Positions 41,101-55,490 are shown, counted from the first letter of the stretch. The stretch: 64,000 nt of DNA from Octopus vulgaris (GCA_951406725.2 OX597817.1:166346001-166410000); one strand, 5' to 3'. Translations and numbers: made by a program. Notes: generated from the sequence alone by a model not told the origin.

Positions 41101-42176
41101 GGCAACTTCTAGCACCAATCAACATTATCAATTCAATGAGGAAGCTGGATTGACAGAGTCGTTAAACTATCAAGTAAAATGCTGTATTGAGTTTAGTTAT
41201 GGTTTCTTACGTAGTGAGTTCAAGTCTCGTTGCGTTCAATATTGCTTCTTTCATCGTTAAATTATAATACAAATCAAGGTTCCCCTGATCGAGTTGAGTT
41301 TTGTTCAATGTCATTCCAGCCGTGACCATTCTGTTTTACTGTAAGCTTATACCGCTCTCGGAAATATTAGCCAAATAATTATTCGGAGACAAGTAGATGC
41401 AGCTGTTTTGACGCTAATGATTTGGCAAGGCTTACTAGACATGCAACCTATTTTTGTGATAGTACAATTTGGCACTAGAGGAAACCACACTCTCATACAC
41501 ATACACGCAGAAATATACAAATATAGACAGTATATAAGGAGTGAGAGAGAAAGAAAGAGAAAGTTTTACACATACACACATATTTAAGATGCTCATATGC
41601 ATAAACACGTATACACTCACACACACACAGCGTGAGAGAGAGTAGAGATAACGAGTGAAACATTAAAACGTTTGATGTCAAATAAGTCAGCGTCGAGCCA
41701 GCGATGCCAAAACGGCTGTGCCAAAACGTCCCATTCCTTGAATTATTCTTAAGTCTCTAAAGATATGATACGAAGAACATTTGACTACTAGCTCTCGCAG
41801 AGGAGGATAATTATTCCTAACATAGCGGAGATTTATCATGAAATAGTATAACTATAAGAAAAATTCAACCAACGAATTATAAGTGAAATATCTGCCGGCT
41901 TTGACAACATGTCCGCTCATGTATTGGCATAAAGTTTAAAAGCATGTGCCATTGCTTTGTACGCGTGCTTGTCAAATGTTAACGTTTTTCAAGATACACT
42001 AATGTCCTTTCACAAATCTTATAAATGCTTTTATTTTTCTTGTTAGTGTTTTTCCTGTATTTGTTATTATTGTGCTTGATAAGAACAGTGATATTTGTTT
42101 TATATCTGTTTAGAAAATTATTTCTTTATTTCTTTCTAACATTTTATTTATTTACATTAATCGAAGTTGATATTAA

Positions 42177-42207
<31 letters not shown>

Positions 42208-42900
42208 ATGATATCCGAGCAAAATTATTTATTCTTTCCTTCCTTCCTTTCTTTCATTCTCTCTCTCTTTCTTTCTTTCTCTTCTTCTTTCTTCCCCACA
42301 TCAAGAAAGCATCATGCGCAAAGCAAGTCCTCTCTCCGCAAGCATATGATATTCCCGGAGGTAAGGCGCATTAAATAAATATATAGACGTTTAGGAGCAC
42401 CTGTGCTTGGTATTAAGAAACACAACGAAACGCACAAAAGCCGTCTAATATGTAATCTAGATTACTTAAGGCAACAGTCAGGCAGCTTATTAAAGAGGAT
42501 ATTGTGGGCAGTCAACTGGAAATATTTTTATCAGCAATACGATTAAACAAGAAACTAGAAAACAGCCTGCAATTCAAGTAAGTACTTAGTAAAGGAAATT
42601 AAATCAACTCATTTTCACATGAACATTCGCAGATTTTTGTTTGTTATTATAATTATTAAATATTGTTGTTTTTATTTATGTTTCTTCTTTATTATTAATA
42701 ATGTTACTGTTATTATTAGTGTTGTTATTGCTAAGGCTGTTTCATTTTTGCGACTGTTTATACTATATGCTAAATTATGTTATTTAAAGAATAAAGAAAA
42801 TATAATAAAAGTAGAAAATGAAGAAAGAAAATTTTCCTACAAAATAATGGACGCATACGTTCGCACCACGCATATATTTAGTCAAACCGACACGCGCACA

Positions 42901-42902
<2 letters not shown>

Positions 42903-42953
<51 letters not shown>

Positions 42954-43238
42954 GTATGTATATGTATATATGTATGTATATGTATATGTATATATGTATG
43001 TATATGTATATATGTATGTATGTTTATGTATGTGTGTATGTATGTATATATGTATGTATGTATATGTATGTATGTATATATGTATGTATGTATATATGTA
43101 TGTATGTATATATGTATGTATGTATGTATATATATATATATGTATGTATGTATATATATATATGTATGTATGTATATATATATATGTTTGTATGTATATA
43201 TATATGTACGTATGTATATGTATATATATATATATATA
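42903..43238. repeat. (TA)n/(TATG)n microsatellite
   Basis: Direct inspection. Confidence 0.9.
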
Positions 43239-44329
43239 CACAATTAGTGAGAGTGGGTGCATCTATAACTGAGGGCATATTAGAGTGGTTCATTATAAAC
43301 AGTAAGAGATCTAGAACAGTTTTCTGACAGACTCCACTCTGCTAAATACCGATATGCGAGCGTGCAAGCGTGTGTATGCGTGTATCTGTGTGCATGTGTG
43401 TGTATGCGTGTGCCTGTGTGTGTGTATGTATGTGTGTGGGAGTGTGTGTGTATACACTCGCATTTATAGACTATATATGGAGACAAAGGTATGACCGAAT
43501 GATGAGTATTTTCCCTTCGCAACCACATGGTCGTTGTTTGGACAATTATGTAGATGATGAAGATGATAATGATATGTATGCGTGTCAGAAACTCATCATA
43601 TATCTATGATCTTGAGTAATCTTGGGGTCCATTCAAACCTTGTGAGTATCGTTAAATGGAAATGGTATAGGAGGCTGTCGGCTGGACTGTTTGTTCGTGC
43701 AATTCAACAGTCCGAAATTGTGGATTTTTTCGCTTTGACCGGCAGATTTTTAAAATAATTTCTTTGTAACTAAACACTTTTAAACTTCGTATACTGGTAG
43801 AATGTGTTTATAAAACATCTTTTCTCTTGGCTTTCTTGAGAAAATTCTGTAGTTTGTAAGCTATTTGTTCTTTAATTTCTTGCATTTCAGCAATTTCAAC
43901 CAATCAATGACGTCTATTGAGGTGAATTCAATATCTCCAGGTCGCTGTCAACAACAATAATTTCCGGTAACAACACACGAGAGTTACTTTAAGTGTTTCG
44001 ATGCCACTTCGCACCCTTTTTCAGTGCATATGTCGTCCACTCGAGCAAACTGCGATCATACTCCAAATTCGACTTAAGAGTCCATTACATGCTGGTGTTG
44101 TAGCCTTCTATGTATAGTATATAGTTAGGTGTTTACATGAATATATAGAGACTGGTGTATATATATGTAAAAAGGCAGATATATGAATATATGAATATAT
44201 GAATACATGTATGCTTGAATACAAGCACACACGCACATTATATATATATGTATATATATGTGTATATATGTATAATATGTATATATATGTATACACACAC
44301 ACACACACACATATATATATAATTTAAAT

Positions 44330-44470
44330 AATATATAAATATATGCATTATTACATACATATATGTACATACCTACATATATACATGCATATATGGGTAC
44401 AGGACATCATCAAAAACGTTGAATATAATGAGAAACGAAAACATAAAAACAAAAACATAGAAACGAACTT
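44330..44470 (-). mobile_element. 3' fragment of the permuted-hammerhead repeat family (ribozyme part absent)
   Basis: GCATATATGGGTACAGGACA is the reverse complement of the family's TGTCCTGTACYCATATATGC. Confidence 0.55.
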
Positions 44471-44629
44471 TTCGATCAGCATATTAAACATTTCATCGAT
44501 CACATTAACCAGCCAATTAAACAAATGATTTATTAATTAGTTGGTTAGATATTTAACCAACTGACTCACAATAAAAGGTGATGTTTAACCAGTGCGTGTG
44601 TTATTGTCATTGGTGAAATGATCCTCCCG

Positions 44630-44936
44630 TGAAGACACATGGCTAAGTGGTCAGAGCGTCGGGTTCGCAATCTGAGGTAATGAGTGCGATTCCTGGACCG
44701 GGCTGTGTTGTGTTCTTGAGCAAGACACTTTACTTCACGTCGGTCTAGTTAACTCAGCTGTAGAAATGAGTTGCGTCGTCACTGATGCCAAGCTGTATCG
44801 GTCTTTGCCTTTCCCTTGGATAACATCGGTGGCATGGAGACTGGTATGCATGGGTGACTGCTTTTTTTTCCATAAACATACTTGCTTGGACTTGTGCTTC
44901 GGAAGGTAACTCATTCATGACTGAAGGAGGTCTTTA
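44630..44936 (+). mobile_element. tRNA-derived SINE with family D-like head and a distinct tail
   Basis: TGGCTAAGTGG A-box and TGTGTTCTTGAGCAAGACACTT body. Confidence 0.7.
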
Positions 44937-45007
44937 AATACCTTCCCAAAATACAAAATTTGTTTTAACACTCGGATTTACATCAAGAATTTTGCTAACC
45001 AAAAGGT

Positions 45008-45361
45008 GCATCATCATCATTCATCATTGTTCGACTGTGGTCGAGACAATGGAATTTACCATGCTACGCCAGACTTCACGGTCCATCATGGCATTACGGA
45101 GGTCCTGTTGCTGGATGCCTGTATCCCTGGAGATTACATCAGGGTAGGAGTGTGCGCCCTCTGGTATTGCGAGTAGATGGCTTCCAGAGGAGAAGAGTAG
45201 AAATTACTTCTTTTTCAGCTCTACAACAATGTCCAGCAAACTGGACTCTCCTACCTTTCACAAGAGATGACACAGGTGGTAGTTTCCCATATATTTGCAT
45301 TTTGGTTGGATGGCGCTTCCACGAGAGATTTTGAGCTCTCATAAGGAGGCGAGTGTAGGTG
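45008..45361 (-). mobile_element. RTE-type LINE 3' fragment
   Basis: NLSWKRHPTKMQIYGKLPPVSSLVKGRRVQFAGHC...LLLWKP; (GAT)n tail. Confidence 0.8.
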
Positions 45362-45780
45362 CAATCCCATGGTCATTCATGACCGAAGGGGGTCTTTAGT
45401 GACCCTCCCAAGATACAAGATTTGTTTTAACACTCGAATTTATATCAAGAATCTTGCAAACCAAAATGCGAAAACGTCTTAACAAAATGGTTTCCAACGA
45501 AGCATGTTGTCTCATACTGAAAAAAGTAATGGGTAACAGAGAAATAAAAAAAATAGTATAAAATAGCAACAGTTACAAATCAACGAAATGAGATTTAGAA
45601 ATTCATGCAAAAGAGAAAGTGATCTTTTATTTGAAAACATCAGTCGAGTGTTTAGGTCGTATTTCATTTCTTGTTGGACATTACCGAGTCAATATTTACA
45701 TCTGAACACCATCTTGCTTTCGTCACCGTACCACAGAAGTTCTGTGCAGGTTTTCCGACGCAGCACACACAGACGTACGA

Positions 45781-45909
45781 AAGAAGAAGAAGAAGAAGAA
45801 GAAGAAGAAGAAGAAGAAGAAGAAGAAGAAGAAGAAGAAGAAGAAGAAGAAGAAGAAGAAGAAGAAGAAGAAGAAGAAGAAGAAGAAGAAGAAGAAGAAG
45901 AAGAAGAAA
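45781..45909. repeat. Pure (GAA)n tract
   Basis: About 43 uninterrupted units. Confidence 0.95.
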
Positions 45910-46347
45910 AATACAACAACAACAAGTGAGGGTAAGAGAGGAAAAAGAAAGGTGCGGGTGAGACAGATAAGGCGAAGGAAACACGGAGTAAAAGGTGAAC
46001 CAGAGTGTGAGGACATTTTATTTTATGTTGATACGATGAAAATTGTTGAGACGGTGGTAATGGCGGTTGACATTATAGGTTGTGGAGGCGGTGGCGGTGG
46101 CGGCTCGATGACGTCGTCGTCATCGTCATCGTCGTGGTTGTAGTCGTCGTCATGGTCGTGTGATTGTTGTTATTGTTGTTGATTTGATAACGGTGCTAGT
46201 CGGTCGTGGTATTGGTTGGTGTTAGCGGTGAAGGTAGTTAGTGGTGGTGGTGTTGCTTTGTGTCGTATAAGATACGATTTTATATTAGGGTGGTGATGGA
46301 TATGATGAAGGTAGTAGTTACGGTTAAATGCAGTGGTGCCAGCTCCC

Positions 46348-46379
<32 letters not shown>

Positions 46380-46703
46380 TGAAAGAAAGAGGGAGAGAGA
46401 GAAAGAGAATAGACTAATATAAATGGAAAGAGAAATAAACACACACACGCAAACATCTCACTCTCTCTCTCACGCTCTCACTCTGTCTCTCTCTCTCTCT
46501 CTCGCTCGCTCTCTCAATTTTATTCATCTATTTATCTCTCTATCTATCTCCCCACTCTCTCTCTCTTTATATATACATACACACACACACACACACACGT
46601 ATATATATACATACACACATACGTAAATGCATATTTATATGAACACATAAAATATATTCTGTGTGTGTGTATATATATATATATATTGTATACATACATA
46701 CAA

Positions 46704-46762
<59 letters not shown>

Positions 46763-46781
46763 TGTATGTGTGTGTGTGTCT

Positions 46782-47210
<429 letters not shown>

Positions 47211-47549
47211 ACACATTGTAGGCATTAGATAAGTCATTTAACACCAGTTCAAATGCCATCGCCTCCACAAGTTCCAGTCCATGTTACGATGTGGTGGCTG
47301 ATTGGGTACAATGTACTTGTGAGCTATGCCAGCGGAGAGCATTTTCTATTTGGGCCACCTGTACTTAACAAGTCAAAGGACAGAGGCCATATTGATATAG
47401 ACCTTTTTTCCTAGAGGTAAAAATGAGCTTGGAGAATGACACTACCACTAGCTAGAATAAAGCGGCTACAGAAGCATCGATGACAAGTGAAAACTAACAA
47501 GATCTGGAAGAAGAATGATTTTCCTGAGGGAAACATATGATGCGTCACA

Positions 47550-47722
47550 GACCATGATCTGGAACGCTCAAAAGACGTGGAAAAGAGGATGCCCTATAAA
47601 TAGCTGGAAGCAAGATATTGAGACAAAGCTGAAAAAGTAGGAATCCAACTGGAAACAGCAAAGAGACGAAAATCGAGAACGGTGATGAAAAGGTGTCGAT
47701 GGTCTATGCCCCACAGGGAGGT
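47550..47722 (+). mobile_element. Degenerate RTE-type LINE 3' end
   Basis: Remnants reading RGKRGCPINSWKQDIE and GVDGLCPTGR resemble the RTE C-terminus. Confidence 0.55.
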
Positions 47723-48116
47723 ACAAGTGCTTAATGCAATGCAAACCCCACTGAGTAGTCGATTTATGATCAAAAGAGGCGTTACCATCTCAACGCAGGA
47801 TTGTTCAAATCGTGACCATCTCGTCTATGTTTCTCTTCCTCAACCCCTTTTTTCTGACGATAATGTAATTCAGGGTCACATTTTCTATTATGTCCTGACA
47901 TTCTTTTATTTTGTTGTTGTTTGTGTTTTAGGGAAGATTTAATTACAATTTCCTGATTATTATACTAGCCCCTTGGTGATTCATTGTTTTTCTTATTACG
48001 ACGATGGTTGAGATTGACGCTTGTAATACTTGAAGTTTTAATCCAGGGCCACCAATCCAGTCTTGTATTACAGCTTCAACTAAAATATCTGTTTCCTTAA
48101 CCTACTTTATTTAAAA

Positions 48117-48503
48117 CTAGCAGTATCGCCCGGCGTTGCTCGGGTTTGTAAGGGAAATAACTATATAAGCATTTTTAGAGATGTAAAGTATAATAGCCAT
48201 CTCAATATGGCTAACCACAAAGGGGGAGGTGTTACTGTAGCTTTTTACGTTCTGAGATTTAATAATAAATTTTTAGAGAGTTATATATGCCAAAAATGCA
48301 TTAAAAATGGGAAAAATTGATGGTAAATTTTTTTTAAATCGTAGACTCATCGTAGACGCGCGCTAATACCCAGAAGGACTCGATATGAATCACGACTATG
48401 AGATACACGGTTTTGGTTAAACTGCACCGCAAAATGTGGGAGTAGTTAGGAATCTAAATCGTAGGAGACAGACAACACACAACCTCTCTTTTATATATAA
48501 AGA
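48117..48503 (-). mobile_element. Non-autonomous Helitron
   Basis: Minus strand TCTTTATATATAAAA...CCCGAGCAACGCCGGG hairpin...CTAG; inserted between A and T (empty paralogous site at about 50536). Confidence 0.85.
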
Positions 48504-48527
48504 TATTGAAATATCAGGAAGATACAA

Positions 48528-48845
48528 GATGGCTTAGTGGTTAGGGTATTCGACTTACGATCGTAAAGTCGTGAGTTCAATTCCCAACGACGTATTGTGT
48601 CATTGAGCGAGAGACTTTATTTCACGTTGCTCCAGTCCATTCAGCTGGTGAAAATGAGTAGTACCTGTATTTCAAAGGGCCAGCATTGTCACACTAAATC
48701 ACGTTAAATCTCTCTGAGAACTACATAAAAGGTACACGTATCCATGGAGTGGTCAGCCATTTGTAATTAATTTTCACGAGCAGTCTGTTCCGTTGATCGG
48801 AATCCTCGTCAACTGGAACCCTCGTCGTCGTAATCGACTGAGTGT
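48528..48845 (+). mobile_element. SINE family D
   Basis: Paralogous with 50560-50868. Confidence 0.8.
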
Positions 48846-48850
48846 CAATT

Positions 48851-49066
48851 AGGCGGCGAGCTGGCAAAAACATTAGCACAGTAGGCAAAATGCCTAGCGG
48901 CGTTTCTTCCGACTTTACGTTCTGAGTTCAAATTCTGCCGTGGTCTACCTTTCTTTTCATCCTCTAGGGGCCGATAAAAAAAAATTAGCAGTTGAGCGCT
49001 GGGGGCTATGTAATTGACATGCCCCTCCTCCGAAATTGTTAGACTTGTTTCAAAATTCGAAACCAA
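48851..49066 (+). mobile_element. SINE family B
   Basis: GGCGGCGAGCTGGC head and core. Confidence 0.75.
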
Positions 49067-49324
49067 CATCAGGAAGATACGGCTGATGTTTCTAGATAGT
49101 GAAGCGATCTTCTAGTCGGTGACAATGATCGGAGATGATTTTTATGTTTCTGTGGAGGTCATTGCGGATAGTAAGGGTAGAGATGTTGCTTGTAGTGGTA
49201 GTGGTGATGATGGGGAAGGCGACCATGTTACTGGTAGTAGTGATGGTCGTCGATGATGATGATGACGATCATGATGATAAGGAGAAGAAGGTAGAGGAGA
49301 GGAGGAAAAGAAGCACGATGACTT

Positions 49325-49355
<31 letters not shown>

Positions 49356-49819
49356 GGTTTTGGTTGTGGTGGTGATGATGGTGATGATGACGATGATGAA
49401 GATGATGGTGATGAGGATGATGATGATGATGAAGAGAAAGAGGATCTATGAGCAATACCATTTTCTGTATATCCCATAGTTCTCTATTTAAGACAGTGGA
49501 GAGTTTCCTGTTTTGGGAAGTATTGGCTGCTATTCTTAGCAGAACAAACGACCGAGATGTCTCTTCGTTATATGGTGGTGACGGTGGTGATGGTATTGAT
49601 GGCAGTGGTGGTGGTGGTGGTGTTAGTGATGGTGGGATTGGTGGTAGTAGTATTGGCGGCGGAGGTGGTGTTGGTCGTAACGGTAGTGGTACTGTGGTTG
49701 TTGTGTTGGTGGTGATGGTGGCGGTAGCGCATGTTGATAGAAACTAGTGGTAGTATTTGAATGTGACGGTGGTGATAGTAGTTGAAGTAGTAGAGGTTGT
49801 GGTGGTGGTGGGGTGTTGA

Positions 49820-49850
<31 letters not shown>

Positions 49851-50359
49851 TGCAACAGCGGCGGTTGTGGCTGGTGGTCATGATAGAAGTGTGCTGACGG
49901 AGACAAGGTGACAGCAATGATGTTGGGACTGATAGTATACGACCGATGAGGTGGGGCTGGGGGGGACCGGGGGAACGGACTGAAAGAATGATAGCCCCTG
50001 GGGCTGGGAGGGACGAAAACGGATGATGGATGTTTTAGTTGTGATGGCGGGGGTTGACTTGTAATGGATGAGGGTACAAAACTAGAAGTGATGTTTCAGG
50101 TTTAGTTTGATATCGAGGGGCGGGGAGTGATATTGAAAGATGATGCCCTGAAGTTTGTTGACTGCTGGTGCTCTTTTTGTTGATGTTGCTGTTGTTGTTG
50201 GCATTGTTGTTGTTTAACCCAAGGACCTCAACTACCTGCCCGCGAATTAGTACCGGGTCGCATAGAAAGGATAAAGCTTTTACCTTCATTTCTATATTAT
50301 TGACTAACAATGCAGTCTACACGTTGTTTCTGCAATATATATGTATTACATATGAATAG

Positions 50360-50868
50360 TGAAGTTTCATGGCTTGGTGGTTAAGATATTCGGCTCACGG
50401 TTGCAAGGTCATAAGTTCACTTCCCGGCACCGCGTTGTGTCCGTGAGCGAGTCACTTTCTTTCACGCTGCTCCAGTCCACTCAGCTGGCAAAAATGAGTA
50501 TTATCTGTATTTCCTTTAACCTACTTTATTCAAAATATTGAAATACCAGGAAGATGCAAGATGGCTTAATGGTTAAGGTATTCGGTTTACGATCGTAAAG
50601 TCCTGAGTTCAATTCTCAACGACGTGTTCTGTCCTTGTGCGAGAACCTTTATTTCACGTTGCTCTAGTCCATTCAGCTGGCAAAAATGAGTATTATCGGT
50701 ATTTCAAAGGGCCGGCCTTGTCACACTCCGTGTCAGGCTGAATCTCCCTAAGACCTACGTTGAGGTTACGTGTCTGTGGAGTGCTCAGCCATTTGCATGT
50801 TAATTTCACCAGCAGGCTGTCCTGTTGATCGGATTAACTGAAACCCTCATCGTCGTAATTGACAGTGT
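50360..50868 (+). mobile_element. SINE family D, two tandem copies
   Basis: Heads at about 50360 and 50560. Confidence 0.78.
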
Positions 50869-50902
50869 CACTTTATATAACAATATACACATATCTTATA
50901 CT

Positions 50903-51283
50903 AGGCGTAGGTGTGTCTGTGTGGTAAGTAGCTCACTAACAAACCACATGGTTCCGGGTTAAGTCCCACTACGTGGCACCTTGGGCAGGTGTCTTCTACT
51001 ATATCCTCGGGCCGACCAAAGCTTTGTGAGTGGATTTGGTTGGCGGAAACTGAAAGAAGCCCGTCGTATATATGTATATATATGTATGTGTATATGTTTG
51101 TGTATCTGTGTTTGTCCTCCCAACATCGCTTGACAACCGATGTTGTCGTGTTTACGTCCCCGTAACTTAGCGGTTCGGCAAAAGAGACCTATAGAATAAG
51201 TCCTGGTGTCGATTTTCTCGACTAAAAGGCGGTGCTCCAGCATAGCCACAGTCAAAGGACTGGAACAAGAAAAGAGTAAAAGA
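50903..51283 (+). mobile_element. SINE family A, full length
   Basis: Complete from head to tail. Confidence 0.88.
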
Positions 51284-51286
51284 TAA

Positions 51287-51491
51287 GGGTACTGGAAAAT
51301 TCCTGGCTTTAAGAGTATCGCAAAAGACCTGGCTGGAGGCCCAACATTCTGAGTTCTTTTACAGGCCTTAAAAAAACTGAAGGACTGTTGCAATAAGTGT
51401 GCATCTGAGAGGCGAGTATATTGAATAAAATCATAATTAACTGATTCTCCTGTATTTTCTTTTACCCAAAGCCGGGAATTTTTCAGCACCC
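51287..51491 (+). mobile_element. Mariner-derived MITE
   Basis: TIRs GGGTACTGGAAAATTCCTGGCTTT / AAAGCCGGGAATTTTTCAGCACCC; internal remnant KKLKDCCNKC..LRGEYIE* resembles the mariner transposase C-terminus. Confidence 0.8.
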
Positions 51492-51732
51492 ACTGTATGT
51501 AATATGTGAGCCTGTCTAGCTGAAGACTCGCTCAGTCCTCGTCACCTCACTCAAGTGAAGCATAAATGGTAATGAGCGAAACGCCTTTAACCCTAAGACA
51601 TTTGCTGACGATATAGAAGGGTTTTCCCGTCTTGCAGTAGATTTAAAATAAGCTCGAAGCCTTTGGGTATCTCCTGTAGTTTCTGCGCGGGGCAAAGGAT
51701 GTCTGATATCTATTTCACCTGAATTATATATA

Positions 51733-51956
51733 CTCTTTTACTCTTTTACTCTTTTAATCTTTTACTCTTTACTCTTTTACTTGTTTCAGTCATTTGACTG
51801 TGGCCATGCTGAAGCACCGCCTTTAGCCGAGCAAATCGACCCCCGAGACTTATTCTTTGTAAGCCTAGTACTTATTCTATCGTTCTCTTTTGCCGAACTG
51901 CTATGTTACGGGGACTTAAACACACCAACATCGGTTTTCAAGCGATGTTCTGGGAA

Positions 51957-52036
<80 letters not shown>

Positions 52037-52180
52037 TATGTGCATACATATATACATACATACGATGGGCTTCTTTCACTTTCCGTCTACCAAATCTACT
52101 CACAAGGTTTTGGTCTGCCCGAGGCTATTGCAGAAGACACTTGCCCGAGTTGCCACGTTGTGGGAATGAACCCCAAACCA
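51733..52180 (-). mobile_element. SINE family A
   Basis: Tail and body match family A. Confidence 0.85.
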
Positions 52181-52366
52181 TATATTTTATCTTTTACTTG
52201 TTTCAGGCATTAGGCTGAGGCTACGATGGGGCGACGAACCATTTTTGGCGAACCGGTTGTCATGCGGTGGTGGGGGACAAACAGACACAAAGACAGTGAC
52301 ATATATGTATCATATAAGAGATATCTATGTATTATATATGGATATATATTTATCATATATATAATA

Positions 52367-52762
52367 CTAGCAGTATCGCCCGGCGTTGCTCGGGTTTGTA
52401 AGGGAAATAACTATATAAGCATTTTTAGAGAGTTATAGCAAAAAGATAGCAAAAAATGCATTAAAAATGGAAAAAAATGATGGTAATTTTTTTTTTAAAT
52501 CGTTGACTCATCGTAGAGATTTTTAGAGAGTTACTTCCCTTATATAATAGCGAAAAAATGCATTAAAATGGGAAAAAATTATGGTAAATTTATTTTAAAA
52601 TCGTAGACTCATCGTAGACGCGCGCTAATACCCAGAAGGGTTCGATATGAATCACGACTATAAGATACCCGGTTTTGGTTAAACTGCACCGCAAAATGTG
52701 GGAGTAGTTAGGAATCTAAATCGTAGGAAACAGACACACAACTTCACTTTTATATATAAAGA
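52367..52762 (-). mobile_element. Non-autonomous Helitron
   Basis: Same termini as 48117-48503; internal tandem duplication. Confidence 0.85.
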
Positions 52763-52989
52763 TGTGAGATATTCTAGGTAAAGACTAGCTCAGTCATCAC
52801 TGTTCCGTTCAGGTAAAACGTAGAGACTAAGGGACGAAACGCTTGTGACCCTGAGATACCTGCTGATGATATGGATATATTTCCTGCATTGCAATTAATT
52901 CAGAAGAGCTTGCAAAATGTTTCAGTTGCTCCTGGCGCAAGCATCTCTGAGGTGTATCCCACATGAATTATGTTTTGCATTTTTTTCTT

Positions 52990-53185
52990 ACATTTTTCAT
53001 TGTCTCAGTCATTTGACTGCGGCCATGCTGGAGCGCCGCCTTTAGTCGAACAAATCGACCCCAGAACTTATTCTTTGTAAGCCTAGTACTTATTCTATCG
53101 TTTTCTTTTCGCCGGACCGCTAGGTTACGAGGACGTAAACACATCAACATCGGTTGTCAAGCGATAGTGGGGGGACAAACACAGA
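52990..53185 (-). mobile_element. SINE family A, 3' half
   Basis: Tail match. Confidence 0.8.
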
Positions 53186-53228
53186 TGCACAAACATATAC
53201 ATATATATATATGCATATATAAATACAT

Positions 53229-53314
<86 letters not shown>

Positions 53315-53525
53315 GGAACAAAAAAGCAATAGAGGACAATAAAACATTCGGACACAGAGACGATGCAAGGGTGACAAGAAAAATAATAATTAGAAGGAGA
53401 GCTAAAAATAGACAGGTTATTCGTGGCTTTCTTTCCTCAGTCAAGTACCAAAAGTCACCACTGTTTCGGACATATATATACATATACATACACACACACA
53501 CAAACACACACGTACACACACACAT

Positions 53526-53607
<82 letters not shown>

Positions 53608-53815
53608 CTTTTACCTGCCTCAGCTAATTGACTTTGATGGTAGTGAGAATAGGGTTTATACAATGTCGGTGAGGTGGGGTGATGAATGATGATGACGATG
53701 ACGACGACGATGTTGACGACAATGACGACGATAATGAAGATGATGATGGTGATAGTGGTGGTGGTGATCAAGATGACGACAACAACGACGACAACGATGA
53801 CGACGATGATGTTGG

Positions 53816-53856
<41 letters not shown>

Positions 53857-53880
53857 CTATTGCTGCTGCTGCTAATGTTG

Positions 53881-53937
<57 letters not shown>

Positions 53938-54944
53938 ATGAAGAGCTCGAGTCTGTGTCGTAGTAGTGTACCCGCCGGTTGCGCTGCTAATAAACGATTT
54001 TTTTTTTTAGCTGTAAGATCAGAAGTAGGGCGATGTGCTCGCAGGAGAATAATTCTCGTAAAGACAGTAGAGAGATGATAGAACTGTAGGGCACGACGAA
54101 CGATGGTGGTGGTGGTGGTGGCGGGCGAGTGATCGTGGAAGTGATAGTTCATAGAATCAGAAGTATTAGCACTGTTGCTGCTATTTGAAGGTGAGTCGGA
54201 AAATGTCTAATGAATTTATCGCTGATGAAGTGATCCTTTCAGTCTCTTATCTGCGATATTTACATATCTCTCAAATGAAAACATTAGTAGTAGTAGTAGT
54301 AGTGGTGGTGGTGGTGGTGGTGGTGGTGGTGGTGGCGGCGTCGGCGGTGGCGGAGGTGGTGGTGGTGGTGGCGGCGGCGGCGGCGGTGGTGGTGGTGGTG
54401 GTCGTGATTGGTGGTGGTGGTGGGGGTGGTGGGGGTGGCGGTGGTGTTGGCAGCGACAGTGTTGGCGGCGTTGGGAGAGGTGGCGACGATGTTGACAGCG
54501 GCGGCGTTTGCGGTGGAGGTGGCTTTATGGCGGCCGCAGGTTGGTGGTGGTGGTGGTGGTGGCGTCGGCCCTGGCGGTAGTGGTGGTGGTGGCGGTTGCA
54601 GTTCTGGACGTTTGCTTTGTATTGTTTTGAATATGTTTTTGCAACATCCGAGTAAATTTCAGTTGTTTAAATCCCATCTCTTACTGTTGGTAAATCTTTT
54701 GTTAACCATCATCATTTCCACAATTATCATCATCATCATCACCATCGTCGCCGTTGAAACCGCCGCCGTCACCGTCACCGTCACCGATGTCGTCATCAAC
54801 CTTGTTGTTTTCGCTGCCGTACCCGTTGTTGCTGCCACCAGCGTAGCCGCAGCCGCTGTCACCGCCACCGCTGCCATTGCCGTGATCATCGTCACCACCA
54901 TCGTTACCTTCGTCTCGCTGACGTCGTCTTAGTTGCCAACGTTG

Positions 54945-55490
54945 TCGTCGTCATCTTTGCCGTCGACGTCATTGTCATTGTCGTCTTCGACGTCGCCGTC
55001 GTTTTCACTGTCGTCTTCGACGTCGCCGTCATTGTCATTGTCGTCTTCGACGTCGCCGTCATTTTCACTGTCGTCTTCGACGTCGCCTTCATTGTCATTG
55101 TCGTCTTCGACGTCGCCGTCATTTTAACTGTCGTCTTTGACGTCGCTGTTATTGTCATTGTCGTCTTCGACGTCGCCGTCATTTTCACTGTCGTCTTTGA
55201 CGTCGCTGTTATTGTTGTTTTCGACGTCGTCCACACGGTCACTGTCGTCTTCGACGTCGTCGTCGTCATTGTTATTGTCGTCTTCGACGTCGCCGTCATT
55301 TTCACTGTCGTCTTTGACGTCGCTGTTATTGTTGTTTTCGACGTCGTCCACACGGTCACTGTCGTCTTCGATGTCGTCGTCATTTTCACTGTCGTCTTCG
55401 ACGCCGACTTCATTCTCTTTGTCGTCTTCGACGTCGCCGTCATTTTCATGGTCGTCTTCGACGTTGCCGTCATGGTTACTGTCGTCTTTG
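54945..55490. repeat. GTC-derived 30-bp minisatellite
   Basis: Unit CACTGTCGTCTTCGACGTCGCCGTCATTTT with alternating variants, about 18 copies. Confidence 0.9.

Noticed and set aside
43985-44032. Minus-strand CTGAAAA..GGTGC/GCATC-GAAAC hammerhead-like motif
   Set aside because: G8 is absent and there is no stem I.
51504-52970. Two related segments of about 210 bp (51504-51726, 52762-52970) with GAAAC followed by CTGAYGA and a possible stem I, suggesting permuted hammerheads
   Set aside because: Stem II cannot form. CTGAYGA falls within FADDI/PADDM codons and the flanking peptide resembles a decayed RTE reverse-transcriptase YADD region, so old RT remnants are more likely.
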